Shown: piece after piece, positions 33,641-45,274 of the stretch | Numbering within the stretch: the stretch's first letter is position 1 | Layout: every line of letters starts with the position of its first letter | Assembly: GCA_963754315.1 (NCBI GenBank) | Contig: CAVWFS010000003.1 | Coordinates: 97,261 to 161,260 of the forward strand | Reading direction: 5' to 3' | DNA from: an uncultured Candidatus Rokubacteria bacterium | GTDB taxonomy: Bacteria; Methylomirabilota; Methylomirabilia; Rokubacteriales; CSP1-6 | DNA: 64,000 nucleotides | Translations under genes and position numbers: made by a program | The notes under the pieces: generated by a model | Database searches by the model: none | Told to the model about the DNA's origin: nothing | The model's input: the letters and a program-made list of their open reading frames with translations, nothing else

Positions 33641-35834
33641 GTGCTGGATCTCGAGACCCTCCTGCGCGATCTGAATCCCCCGCAGCGCGAGGCGGTCACC
33701 GCTGACGAGGGGCCGCTCCTCGTCCTGGCGGCGGCTGGAAGTGGTAAGACCCGCGTCCTGGCCCACCGCATCGCGTATCTGATCGGGGTGAAGGGTGTCG
33801 ATCCACGCCAGGTGCTGGCCGTTACCTTCACCAACAAGGCGGCCGGCGAGATGGCCCGACGGGTGGAGGCCCTGCTCGCCCCGGCCGGTCTGCGAGCGCC
33901 GCTGGTCTGCACCTTTCACGCCGCCTGCGTGCGGATCCTGCGTCAGCACCTGCGTCACCTGGGATACCCGTCGCACTTCACCATATACGACGAGGACGAT
34001 CGGCAGGCGCTGGTCAAGGAGTGCATGCGGGGGGAGGGTCTCGACGATCGCGCGCTCACGCCGGCCGCGGTCGTGCATCGGATCAGCGCCGCCAAGAACC
34101 AGATGCTCACCCCCGAGGATCTCGAGAAGACGGCGCGCGGACCCCGCGAGGAACGCCTGGCCGCCGTGTACCGGCGCTACGAGGAGCGCCTGCGCGCGGC
34201 GGGCGGCGTGGACTTCGACGATCTGCTCCTGCTCACGGTCCGTCTGCTGTCGGAGGTGCCCGAGGTGCTCGCTTGGTACCGCGGGCGCTGGCGCTCACGT
34301 GCTGGTTGACGAATACCAGGACACCAACCGCGCCCAGTACCAGATCATTCGCGCGCTCACCGGCGAGCACCGCAACGTCTGCTGTATCGGCGACGGCGAC
34401 CAGTCCATCTACAAGTGGCGGGGCGCGGATGTGCAGAACATTCTCGACTTCGAGTCCGACTACCCGGGCACGCGCGTCGTTCGGCTGGAGCAGAACTATC
34501 GTTCGACCAAACGCATCCTGGCCGCCGCCGCTGCTGTCATCGTCAACAACACCATCCGCCAAGACAAGACGCTGTGGACGGAAAACGAGGACGGGGAGCC
34601 GCCAGCCCTCTATCGAGCCTGGGATGAGCACGAGGAGGCGAATTTCGTGGCCCAGCGCATCCTGGCCCTGCGCGGCGAGGGGTTGGGCTGGTCCGACGTT
34701 GCCGTGTTCTATCGAACCAACGCACAGTCGCGCGTGCTCGAGGATTCCCTGCGACGGGCGGGCATTCCGTATGTCATCGTCGGTGGTGTGCGCTTCTACG
34801 AGCGCAAAGAGATCAAGGATACCCTCGCCTATCTTCGGCTGATCGTGAACCCCAGCGACGACGTGGCCTTCGTGCGGGCCGTGCAGGAACCGGGGCGCGG
34901 TGTGGGGCGGGCCACCGTGCTCCGTCTTCAGCAGATGGCCACCCGCGAGGCGCGCTCCCTGCTGGCCCAGGCGGCCTTTCCGCCTCCCGATGTGAGCGGC
35001 AAGCCGCGCCGAGGGCTCGAGGGATTCGCGGCCCTCGTCGGGCGGCTTCGTGAAGAGCAGGCGGGCCGGGCCTTGCCCGCCTTCATCGACCACGTGCTCA
35101 GCGCATCCGGATACCGGGAGGCGCTCCGGCAAGAACGGTCGTCCGAGGCGGAGGCGCGCCTGGAGAACCTCGACGAGCTCATCGCCGCAGCCGAGGACTT
35201 CGAGCTGGTCCACGTCGCCCGGGAGGGCACCTTGCCGACCGAGGCGCTGGCTGCGTTTCTGGACCAGATCGCCCTCGTCAGCGACATCGACGAGCTGCCC
35301 GAGGGCGCGCGGGGGGTGACCCTCATGACCCTGCACGCCGCCAAGGGCCTCGAATTCCCCGTGGTGTTCGTCACAGGGATGGAGGAGGGCGTCTTTCCCC
35401 ACGCGCGGTCGCTGGATACGACCGCCGACATCGAGGAAGAGCGTCGCCTGTGCTACGTCGGACTGACCCGCGCCCAGAAGCGTCTGTTCCTGTCCTTCGC
35501 CCTTCACCGGCGGCTGCACGGCTACGGGCCGGGAGAGCCCTCGCGCTTTCTCGAGGAGATCCCGGAGGAACAGCTTGCGTTCCTCAACGTCCGTCCCGGC
35601 GGGATACCAGCGCGCGACACGGCCCCCGATTTGGAGGCCGAGGGTTTCGGTCCGACGAGCGACGATCTGCCGCTGGCGGTGGGCGCCCACGTGCGTCACG
35701 GCCAATTTGGAGAGGGGCTGGTGGTTGGCGTGGAGCGGGAAGGATCGGATACGATCGTGACGGTGCGCTTTGCCAGCGTGGGGCGCAAGCGGCTGTCCCT
35801 CTCATACGCGCATCTAGAGGAGATGGGAGGATGA
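33641..35834 (+). CDS. pcrA: PcrA/UvrD helicase (frameshift near 34295)
   Basis: GSGKT, TFTNKAA, VDEYQDTN, LEQNYRS, TLHAAKGLEF, EERRLCYVGLTRA. Confidence 0.95.
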
Positions 35835-36118
35835 TCTCGCGGGCGGATGTGGAGCACGTGGCGCGGTTGGCTCGCTTGTCGCTGGACGATGCGGAACTCG
35901 AGCGAATGCGCGAGCAGCTGACGAGCATTCTTCAGTACATCGACAAGCTGCGTGCGCTCGACACCGATGCCGTCGAGCCCACCGCCCACGCCGTTCCGCT
36001 CGTCAACGTCATGCGAGAGGACGAGGTCGAGCCGTGCTTCCCCCGCGAGGAGATGCTGGCCAACGCTCCTGACCGCGCGGGGGAGTTCTTTCGCGTGCCC
36101 AGGATCATCGAAGACTGA
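35831..36118 (+). CDS. gatC: Asp/Glu-tRNA amidotransferase subunit C
   Basis: [18 protein letters not shown]. Confidence 0.95.
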   Translation: MISRADVEHVARLARLSLDDAELERMREQLTSILQYIDKLRALDTDAVEPTAHAVPLVNVMREDEVEPCFPREEMLANAPDRAGEFFRVPRIIED

Positions 36119-36131
36119 GCGGAGGCGAGGG

Positions 36132-37655
<1,524 letters not shown>

Positions 37656-39107
37656 ATGATGACCTGGGAGATCGTCATCGGCCTCGAGGTCCACGCGCAG
37701 CTCCTCACGCGCTCGAAGATGTTCTGCGCGTGCCCGACGACCTTTGGGGCTCCGCCGAACAGCCAGACGTGTCCAGTCTGCCAGGGTATGCCGGGCACCT
37801 TGCCCATGCTCAACCGGCGGGCGGTGGAGTTCGGTCTGAGAGCGGCGCTTGCCTTCGACTGCCATATCAACGCCAGCTGTCGATTCGCCCGCAAGCACTA
37901 CTACTACCCGGACATGCCGAAGAACTACCAGATCAGCCAGTACGAGGAGCCCCTCGCCGGGGAGGGCGGGCTCACGATCGAAGTTCCCGGCGGTGGGACG
38001 CGACGCATCGGCATCGAGCGCCTGCATCTCGAGGAAGACGTGGGCAAGCTGATCCACGAGGGGACCCTGGAGACTGCCCAGGCGAGCCTCGTCGACTTCA
38101 ACCGCGCCGGTGTCCCGCTGATGGAGACCGTGTCGAAACCCGACCTGCGCTCCCCCGAGGAGGCGGCCGCCTATCTGCGCGCGTTCCGGGCGGTCGTGAT
38201 CACCATCGGGGTCTGCGACGGCAACATGGAGGAAGGCTCGCTCCGCTGTGACGCCAACATCTCGCTGAAGAGACGCGACGCGGCCCTGCTCGGCACCAAG
38301 GTCGAGATCAAGAACCTGAACTCCTTCCGCAACGTGCAGCGAGCCCTGGAGTTTGAAGCCAGGCGACAGGCAGCCGCTCTGGAGGCCGGCGAACGGCTTG
38401 TCCAGGAAACGCGGCTGTGGGATGCCGATGGTGGCTACACGCGCTCCATGCGGACGAAGGAGTTTGCCCATGACTACCGGTACTTCCCTGAGCCCGACCT
38501 CGTTCCCTTGAGGGTGGAGACCGCCTGGGTTGATCGACTCCGGGCGAGCCTGCCCGAGCTCCCCCGAGCACGCCGTCAGCGCTTCGCCACACAGTACGGA
38601 CTCCCTATCTACGACGCCGAGGTGTTGACGCAGAGCGCCGCCCTCGCCGACTACTACGAGCAGGCGGTGGCGGCTTTCCCCCAGCCGAAGCAGGTCTCCA
38701 ACTGGGTGATGTCGGAGCTGCTGCGCGAGCTTCCGGCCGAGGACGACAGAGCCATCGCGGACGCTCCCATCACGCCGGCCCGCCTGGCGGGCCTCCTCCG
38801 GCTGGTGGAGAACGGCACTATCAGCGGCAAGATTGCCAAGGAGGTCTTCGACAAGATGTTCCGCTCGGGTGAGGAGGCCGATACCATCGTGCGACGCGAG
38901 GGACTCACCCAGGTGACGGACCTGACCGAGCTCGGCCGCGTCGTCGCCGAGATCGTCCAGGCCAACCCAAGGGCCATCGAGGACTACCGCAAGGGCAAGA
39001 CCGCGGCCGCCAAGGCCCTGGTCGGGCAGGTCATGAAGGCCACCGGGGGCAAGGCGAACCCCGCCATCGTCAACCAGCTCCTGCAGGAGAAGCTCTCTCA
39101 GATCTGA
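37656..39107 (+). CDS. gatB: Asp/Glu-tRNA amidotransferase subunit B
   Basis: IGLEVHAQL, YPDMPKNYQISQ, DYRYFPEPDL. Confidence 0.97.
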   Translation: MMTWEIVIGLEVHAQLLTRSKMFCACPTTFGAPPNSQTCPVCQGMPGTLPMLNRRAVEFGLRAALAFDCHINASCRFARKHYYYPDMPKNYQISQYEEPLAGEGGLTIEVPGGGTRRIGIERLHLEEDVGKLIHEGTLETAQASLVDFNRAGVPLMETVSKPDLRSPEEAAAYLRAFRAVVITIGVCDGNMEEGSLRCDANISLKRRDAALLGTKVEIKNLNSFRNVQRALEFEARRQAAALEAGERLVQETRLWDADGGYTRSMRTKEFAHDYRYFPEPDLVPLRVETAWVDRLRASLPELPRARRQRFATQYGLPIYDAEVLTQSAALADYYEQAVAAFPQPKQVSNWVMSELLRELPAEDDRAIADAPITPARLAGLLRLVENGTISGKIAKEVFDKMFRSGEEADTIVRREGLTQVTDLTELGRVVAEIVQANPRAIEDYRKGKTAAAKALVGQVMKATGGKANPAIVNQLLQEKLSQI

Positions 39108-39137
39108 CCCCGGCCGATATAATCGAAATCGGCTGAT

Positions 39138-39809
39138 ATGATCGAGCTTCGACACGTCGGGAAGGTCTACCACGCCGGACCCCTCACCATCCCCTCGCTC
39201 ACCGACGTGTCGTTTCGCATCGAGCGGGGCGAATTTGCGGTCCTGCAGGGCCCGAGCGGCGCGGGAAAGACAACCCTTTTGCGCTTGTTGTACCGGGCCG
39301 AGGTGCCCACCGAGGGCGAGGTCGAGGTCCTGGACAATTCGCTCGCCGAGCTGCGGCGCTCCGAGGTGGCGGCCCTGCGTCGGTCTATCGGCGTGGTATT
39401 TCAGGACGCCAAGCTGCTCCCGGGCCGGACGGTGTACGACAATATCGCGTTCGTGCTGCGCGTCCTTGGCACGCCACGCCGCGAGGTCAAGGCCGGCGTA
39501 TTCGAGGCGCTCCGCGCGGTGGGACTGGGCGCGCGCGCCCAGTCGTATCCGTTCCAGCTCTCGCAGGGCGAAGCGCAGCGAGCGGCGCTGGCCCGTGCGA
39601 TCGTCCGGAAGCCGCCCCTGCTTCTCGCCGATGAGCCAACCGGCAGCCTTGACGACGAGATGGCCGACGAAGTCCTCGAGGTCATCCGAGCCATCTGGCT
39701 TGCTGGGGCGACTGTCTTCTTCGCGACCCACCAGGCGCGGCTGGTCGCGCGTCTCGGGCTGCGGACCCTGCGCCTGGAGCATGGGCATCTGGTCAAGGAC
39801 GAGGGATGA
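39138..39809 (+). CDS. ftsE: Cell division ATP-binding protein FtsE
   Basis: GPSGAGKT, VVFQD, ADEPTG; upstream of ftsX. Confidence 0.9.
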   Translation: MIELRHVGKVYHAGPLTIPSLTDVSFRIERGEFAVLQGPSGAGKTTLLRLLYRAEVPTEGEVEVLDNSLAELRRSEVAALRRSIGVVFQDAKLLPGRTVYDNIAFVLRVLGTPRREVKAGVFEALRAVGLGARAQSYPFQLSQGEAQRAALARAIVRKPPLLLADEPTGSLDDEMADEVLEVIRAIWLAGATVFFATHQARLVARLGLRTLRLEHGHLVKDEG

Positions 39810-39810
39810 G

Positions 39811-40695
39811 GTGGTTGGGTTCCTGATCGGGGAGACCTTACGGGACCTGCGCCGCGCGGGCCGCCTCGCCGTGGCCGCGGTGGTCCTGATCACTCTGTCC
39901 GTGGTCGCCGTCGGTGCTTTCTGGATCCTGTCCACGAACCTTGGCGGCGCGATCGGTCAGTGGCGGGAGCGGGTACGCGTGATCGTCTATCTCAAGGCCG
40001 AGGCCACCACGCCGGAGGCGCTTGTCGAGCGGGTCAGCGAGATTCCCGGTGTCATGGCTGCGCGGTACGTGAGCAAGGCCGAGGCGCTCGAGACGTTGCG
40101 AGCCGCCCTGGGAAAGGATGCGGCCGTGGTCGACCGGCTTTCGACGAATCCCCTTCCCGCTTCGCTCGAGGTCACGCCGGCCGCCGATGCCTCGACGCCG
40201 GACGCCGCGCGAGCTCTGCTGTTGGCCTTGGCGGCTCTGCCCGAGACGGAGGAGGTGGCGGGCGGGACGGACTGGGTCGAGCGACTGGTCCGCTGGCAGC
40301 GCCTACTGCAGACCATCGGCCTGGGCCTCGGCGGCGTTCTGGCGGTGGCCGCTGTCCTCACGGTCACCACGGCCACCACGCTCGTGCTACACGCACGGCG
40401 GCACGAGACCGAGATCATGCGCCTCGTTGGTGCGCCTGAATTCACCATCCGCCTGCCGCTGATCCTGCAGGGGAGTGCTCAGGGGCTTCTAGGGGCGCTG
40501 CTGGCCGTGGCCGTGCTCGTGGTAGCCCACTCCATCTTCGCGCCACGCCTCGAGGTCCTCCTGAGCCTCACGCTCGGGCTATCGGAGGTCCGTTTTCTCA
40601 CGCCGACGAGCGTGCTTTCGCTCGTGCTGGTGGGCGCCCTGCTGGGAGGGGTCGGCGGCGCCCTTGCCCGGGGGTCGCACGCTCGACCCCGCTGA
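39811..40695 (+). CDS. ftsX: Cell division permease FtsX
   Basis: VSKAEAL, NPLPAS, EIMRLVGA. Confidence 0.9.
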   Translation: MVGFLIGETLRDLRRAGRLAVAAVVLITLSVVAVGAFWILSTNLGGAIGQWRERVRVIVYLKAEATTPEALVERVSEIPGVMAARYVSKAEALETLRAALGKDAAVVDRLSTNPLPASLEVTPAADASTPDAARALLLALAALPETEEVAGGTDWVERLVRWQRLLQTIGLGLGGVLAVAAVLTVTTATTLVLHARRHETEIMRLVGAPEFTIRLPLILQGSAQGLLGALLAVAVLVVAHSIFAPRLEVLLSLTLGLSEVRFLTPTSVLSLVLVGALLGGVGGALARGSHARPR

Positions 40696-40711
40696 TGCAG
40701 ATCTGAGCCAC

Positions 40712-41905
40712 ATGGCGACAGGCGTAGCGCTCGTAGTGGTGTTGATCGCGGTCGTGGCTGCCGGGCCGGCGGCCGCCCAACGTCGTGATCTCCAGGGTGA
40801 GCAGCGCAAGCTGCATCAGACCCAGAAGCAGCTCAAGGAGCAGCGTGATAAGGCCGAGGAGGCCCGACGTCGAGAAGGCTCGGTGCTCGTCGAGCTGGAG
40901 AAGGTCGGGCGCAGGCTATCCGAGAAACAGCGAGAAGTCGCCGGGCTCGATACGCGCGTCAAGCGAGTACAGACCGAAGTCACGGCGTTGCGCACCGAGA
41001 TCAAGACGCTCGAAGGTACCCGTCAGGCTCAGGAGCGTGCCCTCGCGCGGCGGTTGCGCACGCTCTACAAGGTTCACACGCAGGGCGGAGCCGTCCCCCT
41101 CGTCCTGTCGGATCAGGATCCGGTCGGGCGCGCGGTGGCCGTTCGGCACCTGGCGAGCCTCGCTGCACTGGACGCCCGGCTCATCGAAGAGTACCGTGAT
41201 ACCTCGGAACAACTGGACGACCGGCGCAGCCAAGCCGAGGCGCGCCAGCGAGAGCTGACGGAGCTTCGAGCGGCCGTTCAGCGCGAAAAGTCCGAGGCGG
41301 ATCGGGAAGCCGCCACGCGCCGGGGGCTCTTGGCCAAGGTGCGGGACGAACGCGCCTACCACGAGCGGATGGTGGGAGAGTTGACGGAGGCCTCGCGTCG
41401 CCTCGAGGCCTTCGTGCGTGAGCTTCAGGCGAAGCAGCGGCAACTGGCCAGGGCGGCGCCTCCTCGGGCTGCGGTCAAGGCGCCCGCGGCCGTCGCTCCG
41501 GCCGGGTTTCGGGGGCGCCTGCCGTGGCCGACGGACGGACGGATTGCGGCGCCGTTCGGTGCCCAGGTGCATCCGCGATTCGGGACCCGGACGTTCCGAA
41601 ACGGTGTTGATATAGAGGCGCCCGACGGCAAGGCGGTGCAGGCCGTCCTTGCTGGCCAGGTCATATATACTGGATGGTTCAAGGGGTATGGCAACCTCAT
41701 CATCATCGACCACGGCCAGGAGTTGTACACTCTGTATGCCCATGTGCTGGACATCGAGGTGAGGGAGGGCGAGGAGGTCCGGCAGGGACAGCGGATCGGG
41801 ACGGTAGGGGACACTGGAACACTAGCGGGTCCCCGGCTGTACTTCGAGGTTCGATATCAGGGGAGACCCCAAGATCCAGAACAATGGCTGCGCCAGCGTG
41901 GATGA
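40712..41905 (+). CDS. envC: Murein hydrolase activator EnvC (coiled coil plus M23)
   Basis: Long coiled coil, GRLPWP, GYGNLIIIDHG, LYFEVR. Confidence 0.9.
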   Translation: MATGVALVVVLIAVVAAGPAAAQRRDLQGEQRKLHQTQKQLKEQRDKAEEARRREGSVLVELEKVGRRLSEKQREVAGLDTRVKRVQTEVTALRTEIKTLEGTRQAQERALARRLRTLYKVHTQGGAVPLVLSDQDPVGRAVAVRHLASLAALDARLIEEYRDTSEQLDDRRSQAEARQRELTELRAAVQREKSEADREAATRRGLLAKVRDERAYHERMVGELTEASRRLEAFVRELQAKQRQLARAAPPRAAVKAPAAVAPAGFRGRLPWPTDGRIAAPFGAQVHPRFGTRTFRNGVDIEAPDGKAVQAVLAGQVIYTGWFKGYGNLIIIDHGQELYTLYAHVLDIEVREGEEVRQGQRIGTVGDTGTLAGPRLYFEVRYQGRPQDPEQWLRQRG

Positions 41906-41930
41906 GACGGCGCCAGCCCAGGAGAGATCC

Positions 41931-43175
41931 ATGAAGAAGGCGTTCGTGATCGGCTCGCTGTTGGTGGTGCTGATGCTGTCTCTGGGTGGCTCGGTCGCCA
42001 GCAAGAGCACCGACAATAGCCCGACCTACGAGCAACTCCGGCTCTTCACCGAGGTCCTCGATATCGTTCAGAAGCAGTACGTGGACGATGTGCCCCCTAA
42101 GGACTTGATTTATGGCGCAATCAAGGGAACCCTGCGCGGGCTCGATCCGCACAGCTCGTTCCTCGATCCCGACAGCCTGAAGGAGATGCAGGTCGAGACC
42201 TCGGGCAGCTTCGGCGGGCTCGGCATCGAGATCACCCTGCGCGATGACATTCTGACGGTCGTCTCGCCCATCGACGGAACCCCGGCGTTCCGGGCTGGTC
42301 TGCAGCCGGGCGATCGCATCGTCAAGATCGACGGGCTCACCACCAAGGACATGCAGCTCTCCGACGCCGTCAAGCGGATGCGAGGCAAGCCCGGCTCGAA
42401 GGTCACCATCAGCGTGGTGCGGGAAGGGTGGGGAGAGCCCCGGGATTTCGAGATTCAGCGTGAGGTGATTCACGTCCAGTCCGTGCGCACGCACGATCTC
42501 GGGGAAGGCGTCGGCTACATCAAGCTCCGGCAGTTCCAGGAGCAGACGGCCCATGATCTGGAGGTGGCGCTGGACAAGCTCCTCAAGGGCGGAATGAAAA
42601 CCCTCGTCCTCGATCTCAGGAACAATCCAGGTGGCCTCCTGACGGCGGCGGTCGAGGTGAGCGAGAAGTTCCTTGATGACGGCAAACTGGTCGTCTACAC
42701 CGAGGGGCGCGTGCGGAACCAGAACATGAAGTTCTCCGCCAACGCCAAGCGACCGCGGACGAAGATTCCCATGGTTGTGCTCGTCAACAACGGCAGCGCG
42801 TCCGCCTCGGAGATCGTGGCGGGAGCGCTTCAAGACTACGGCCGTGCCAAAGTGGTGGGTACGCAGAGTTTTGGCAAGGGATCGGTCCAGACGATCATTC
42901 CGCTGTCCGATGGTGCTGGGCTCCGTCTGACCACGGCCAAGTACTTCACGCCCAAGGGACGGTCCATCCAGGGCAAGGGGATCACCCCCGACGTAGTGGT
43001 GGAAATTCCCAAAGAGGTGAAGGAAGCCGCGGTCAAGGAGCGGCAGTCCGCGCCGCTGCCGCCGGCTGATCCAGTGGCGGAGCTTAAGAAGGACGTGCAG
43101 CTACAGAAGGCCCTGGAGGTACTTCAGACGGCGCAGGCCTCGCGGGGTCCCCAGGCCCAGGCCCGTCCGCAGTAG
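41931..43175 (+). CDS. ctpA: S41 family C-terminal processing protease
   Basis: LDPHS, PDZ, DLRNNPGG, SASASEI, FGKGSVQ. Confidence 0.95.
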   Translation: MKKAFVIGSLLVVLMLSLGGSVASKSTDNSPTYEQLRLFTEVLDIVQKQYVDDVPPKDLIYGAIKGTLRGLDPHSSFLDPDSLKEMQVETSGSFGGLGIEITLRDDILTVVSPIDGTPAFRAGLQPGDRIVKIDGLTTKDMQLSDAVKRMRGKPGSKVTISVVREGWGEPRDFEIQREVIHVQSVRTHDLGEGVGYIKLRQFQEQTAHDLEVALDKLLKGGMKTLVLDLRNNPGGLLTAAVEVSEKFLDDGKLVVYTEGRVRNQNMKFSANAKRPRTKIPMVVLVNNGSASASEIVAGALQDYGRAKVVGTQSFGKGSVQTIIPLSDGAGLRLTTAKYFTPKGRSIQGKGITPDVVVEIPKEVKEAAVKERQSAPLPPADPVAELKKDVQLQKALEVLQTAQASRGPQAQARPQ

Positions 43176-43197
43176 CCCGAGCGACGTCGCGGCAGCC

Positions 43198-44202
43198 GTG
43201 GTCGTCCTCGGGATAGAGAGCTCGTGCGACGAGACGGCTGCCGCCGTCCTCGTCGACGGACGACGGATCCTGTCGAGCATCGTGGCCTCCCAGGATGCCG
43301 TCCACGCCCCCTATGGGGGTGTTGTTCCCGAGCTGGCGTCACGGCGCCACCTGGAACTGGTGGTGCCAGTCGTGGAGCAGGCCCTGACCGGGGCGAGCGT
43401 GTCGCTCTCCGCTCTCGACGGTATCGCTGTGACCTACGGCCCGGGCTTGGTCGGTTCCCTGATCGTCGGCTGTTCCGTCGCGAAGTCGCTGGCGTGGGCC
43501 CGGCGGCTACCCCTGGTCGGCGTCAATCACCTCGAGGGACATATCTTCGCGGCTGCCTTGACCGAAGATCCTCCTGCGCACCCGTTTCTGGCCCTCGTCG
43601 TTTCCGGAGGTCACACGGCGCTGTATCACGTGCCGGAACCCCTTCGGTACATCCTGGTGGGGCAGACACGCGACGACGCGGCGGGGGAAGCCTTTGACAA
43701 GGTGGCGAAGCTCCTCGGTCTCGGCTTTCCGGGTGGCCCGGCCATCGAACGGATCGCCCGGAGCGGCGATCCCCGCGCGGTGCCGTTCACCTTGGCCCAC
43801 ATGACCGATCAGGCACCGGACTTCTCGTTCAGCGGAATCAAAACCGCGGTGTCGCTCTACACCAAGCGCCAGGGACCGCTCTCGGACACGCAGGTGGCCG
43901 ACTTGGCCGCGTCATTCCAGGCCACGGTCTGTGCGATGCTCGTGGGCAAGACCGTGCGTGCGGCAGTGGCGCTCGGCGTGAAGCGTGTTGTCCTGACGGG
44001 CGGGGTGGCGGCCAACAGCGCTCTGCGCGCCAGCCTGGCGCGCGCGGGAACGGAACACGGCCTGATCTTGTACGTCCCGCCCCCGGTGCTGTGCACCGAC
44101 AACGCGGCCATGATTGCGGCCGCCGGGACCGCCCGCTTGCTCGCCGGGGAGCGGGCCGATCTGGGCCTGAATGCCGAGCCGGCACTCGAGTTGGCGGCAT
44201 GA
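43198..44202 (+). CDS. tsaD: tRNA threonylcarbamoyltransferase TsaD
   Basis: GIESSCDET, HLEGH, VSGGHT, CTDNAAMI. Confidence 0.96.
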   Translation: MVVLGIESSCDETAAAVLVDGRRILSSIVASQDAVHAPYGGVVPELASRRHLELVVPVVEQALTGASVSLSALDGIAVTYGPGLVGSLIVGCSVAKSLAWARRLPLVGVNHLEGHIFAAALTEDPPAHPFLALVVSGGHTALYHVPEPLRYILVGQTRDDAAGEAFDKVAKLLGLGFPGGPAIERIARSGDPRAVPFTLAHMTDQAPDFSFSGIKTAVSLYTKRQGPLSDTQVADLAASFQATVCAMLVGKTVRAAVALGVKRVVLTGGVAANSALRASLARAGTEHGLILYVPPPVLCTDNAAMIAAAGTARLLAGERADLGLNAEPALELAA

Positions 44203-45272
44203 ACTACGAGACGGTGCTCGCCGGTCTGCCCGATGCGGTGATTGCCGTCGACACGAGCACCCGCGTGATCTTCTGGAATTCGGCGGCAGAGGTCATCACG
44301 GGACGATCGGCGCGGCGCGCGCAAGGTCGGCTGCTGAAAGAGGTGTTTCCCGTCAACTCCTCGCTGGCGCGCCGGCTCATGGAGACCTTGGCCACAGCGG
44401 AAAGCCGGGCCGAGACGGATGGAGTCCTCGACACGGTCGAGGCGCGCGAGATATCCGTGAGCGTGGTCACGGCGCCGCTCTTCGCGCACGATGGGAGCGT
44501 GGAAGCGGCGGTGGCTGTCGTCCGCGACCTCTCAAAGCTGCGGCAGCTCGAGGCGGAGGTTCGGCGTGGCGAGACCTTGGCGGCGGCGGGCCGGATGGCC
44601 GTGGGCTTTGCCCACGAGATCCGCAATCCGCTCGGCGCCATCCGGGGCGCTGTACAACTGCTCTCGCGTGAGCTCGCGGGGGAGACCCGGCTGCGGGAGT
44701 ACACGGACGTGGTCCTGACCGAAGTGGAGCGGGTCAACCGGATCATCGAGCTGCTCCTGGACCTCGGGCGGCCCGTGAAGCCCCGTGTGGTTCCGCTGAA
44801 TCTCTATCAACTCCTCCAGCGCGTTCTCCTCGTGAACGAGGAAGGCGCGGCCGCACGTCAGGTCACCATCGTCCGCCGTTACGATCCGAGTCTGCCTCCC
44901 ATTCTCGGTGACGAGGACCGCCTCGCTCAGGTTTTTCACAATCTCGTCCGCAACGCCATCGAGGCCATGAAGGACGGCGGCCCGCTCACGGTCACCACCC
45001 GTGCAAGCCTCAACGCCCTGTACGGGAAGGTGGATCTCGGGGGCGGACCACGCAGCATGGTGGAGGTGCAGGTGGCGGACGAGGGGAGTGGCATTTCTCC
45101 CGCGGTCCGGGCCAAGATCTTCGACCCGTTCTTCACCACGAAACCGAGCGGCCTCGGGCTCGGTCTCGCCATTTGCCACCGCATCCTGGAGGAGCATCAC
45201 GGGGCAATCCAGGTGGACAGTAGCCTCGGCCGCGGGACCGTGGTGACGTGCTTTCTCCCCATCGCCCGGTGA
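44199..45272 (+). CDS. PAS sensor histidine kinase, NtrB-like
   Basis: PAS domain, AHEIRNPL, FDPFFTTK, GLGL. Confidence 0.9.
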   Translation: MNYETVLAGLPDAVIAVDTSTRVIFWNSAAEVITGRSARRAQGRLLKEVFPVNSSLARRLMETLATAESRAETDGVLDTVEAREISVSVVTAPLFAHDGSVEAAVAVVRDLSKLRQLEAEVRRGETLAAAGRMAVGFAHEIRNPLGAIRGAVQLLSRELAGETRLREYTDVVLTEVERVNRIIELLLDLGRPVKPRVVPLNLYQLLQRVLLVNEEGAAARQVTIVRRYDPSLPPILGDEDRLAQVFHNLVRNAIEAMKDGGPLTVTTRASLNALYGKVDLGGGPRSMVEVQVADEGSGISPAVRAKIFDPFFTTKPSGLGLGLAICHRILEEHHGAIQVDSSLGRGTVVTCFLPIAR

Positions 45273-45274
45273 CA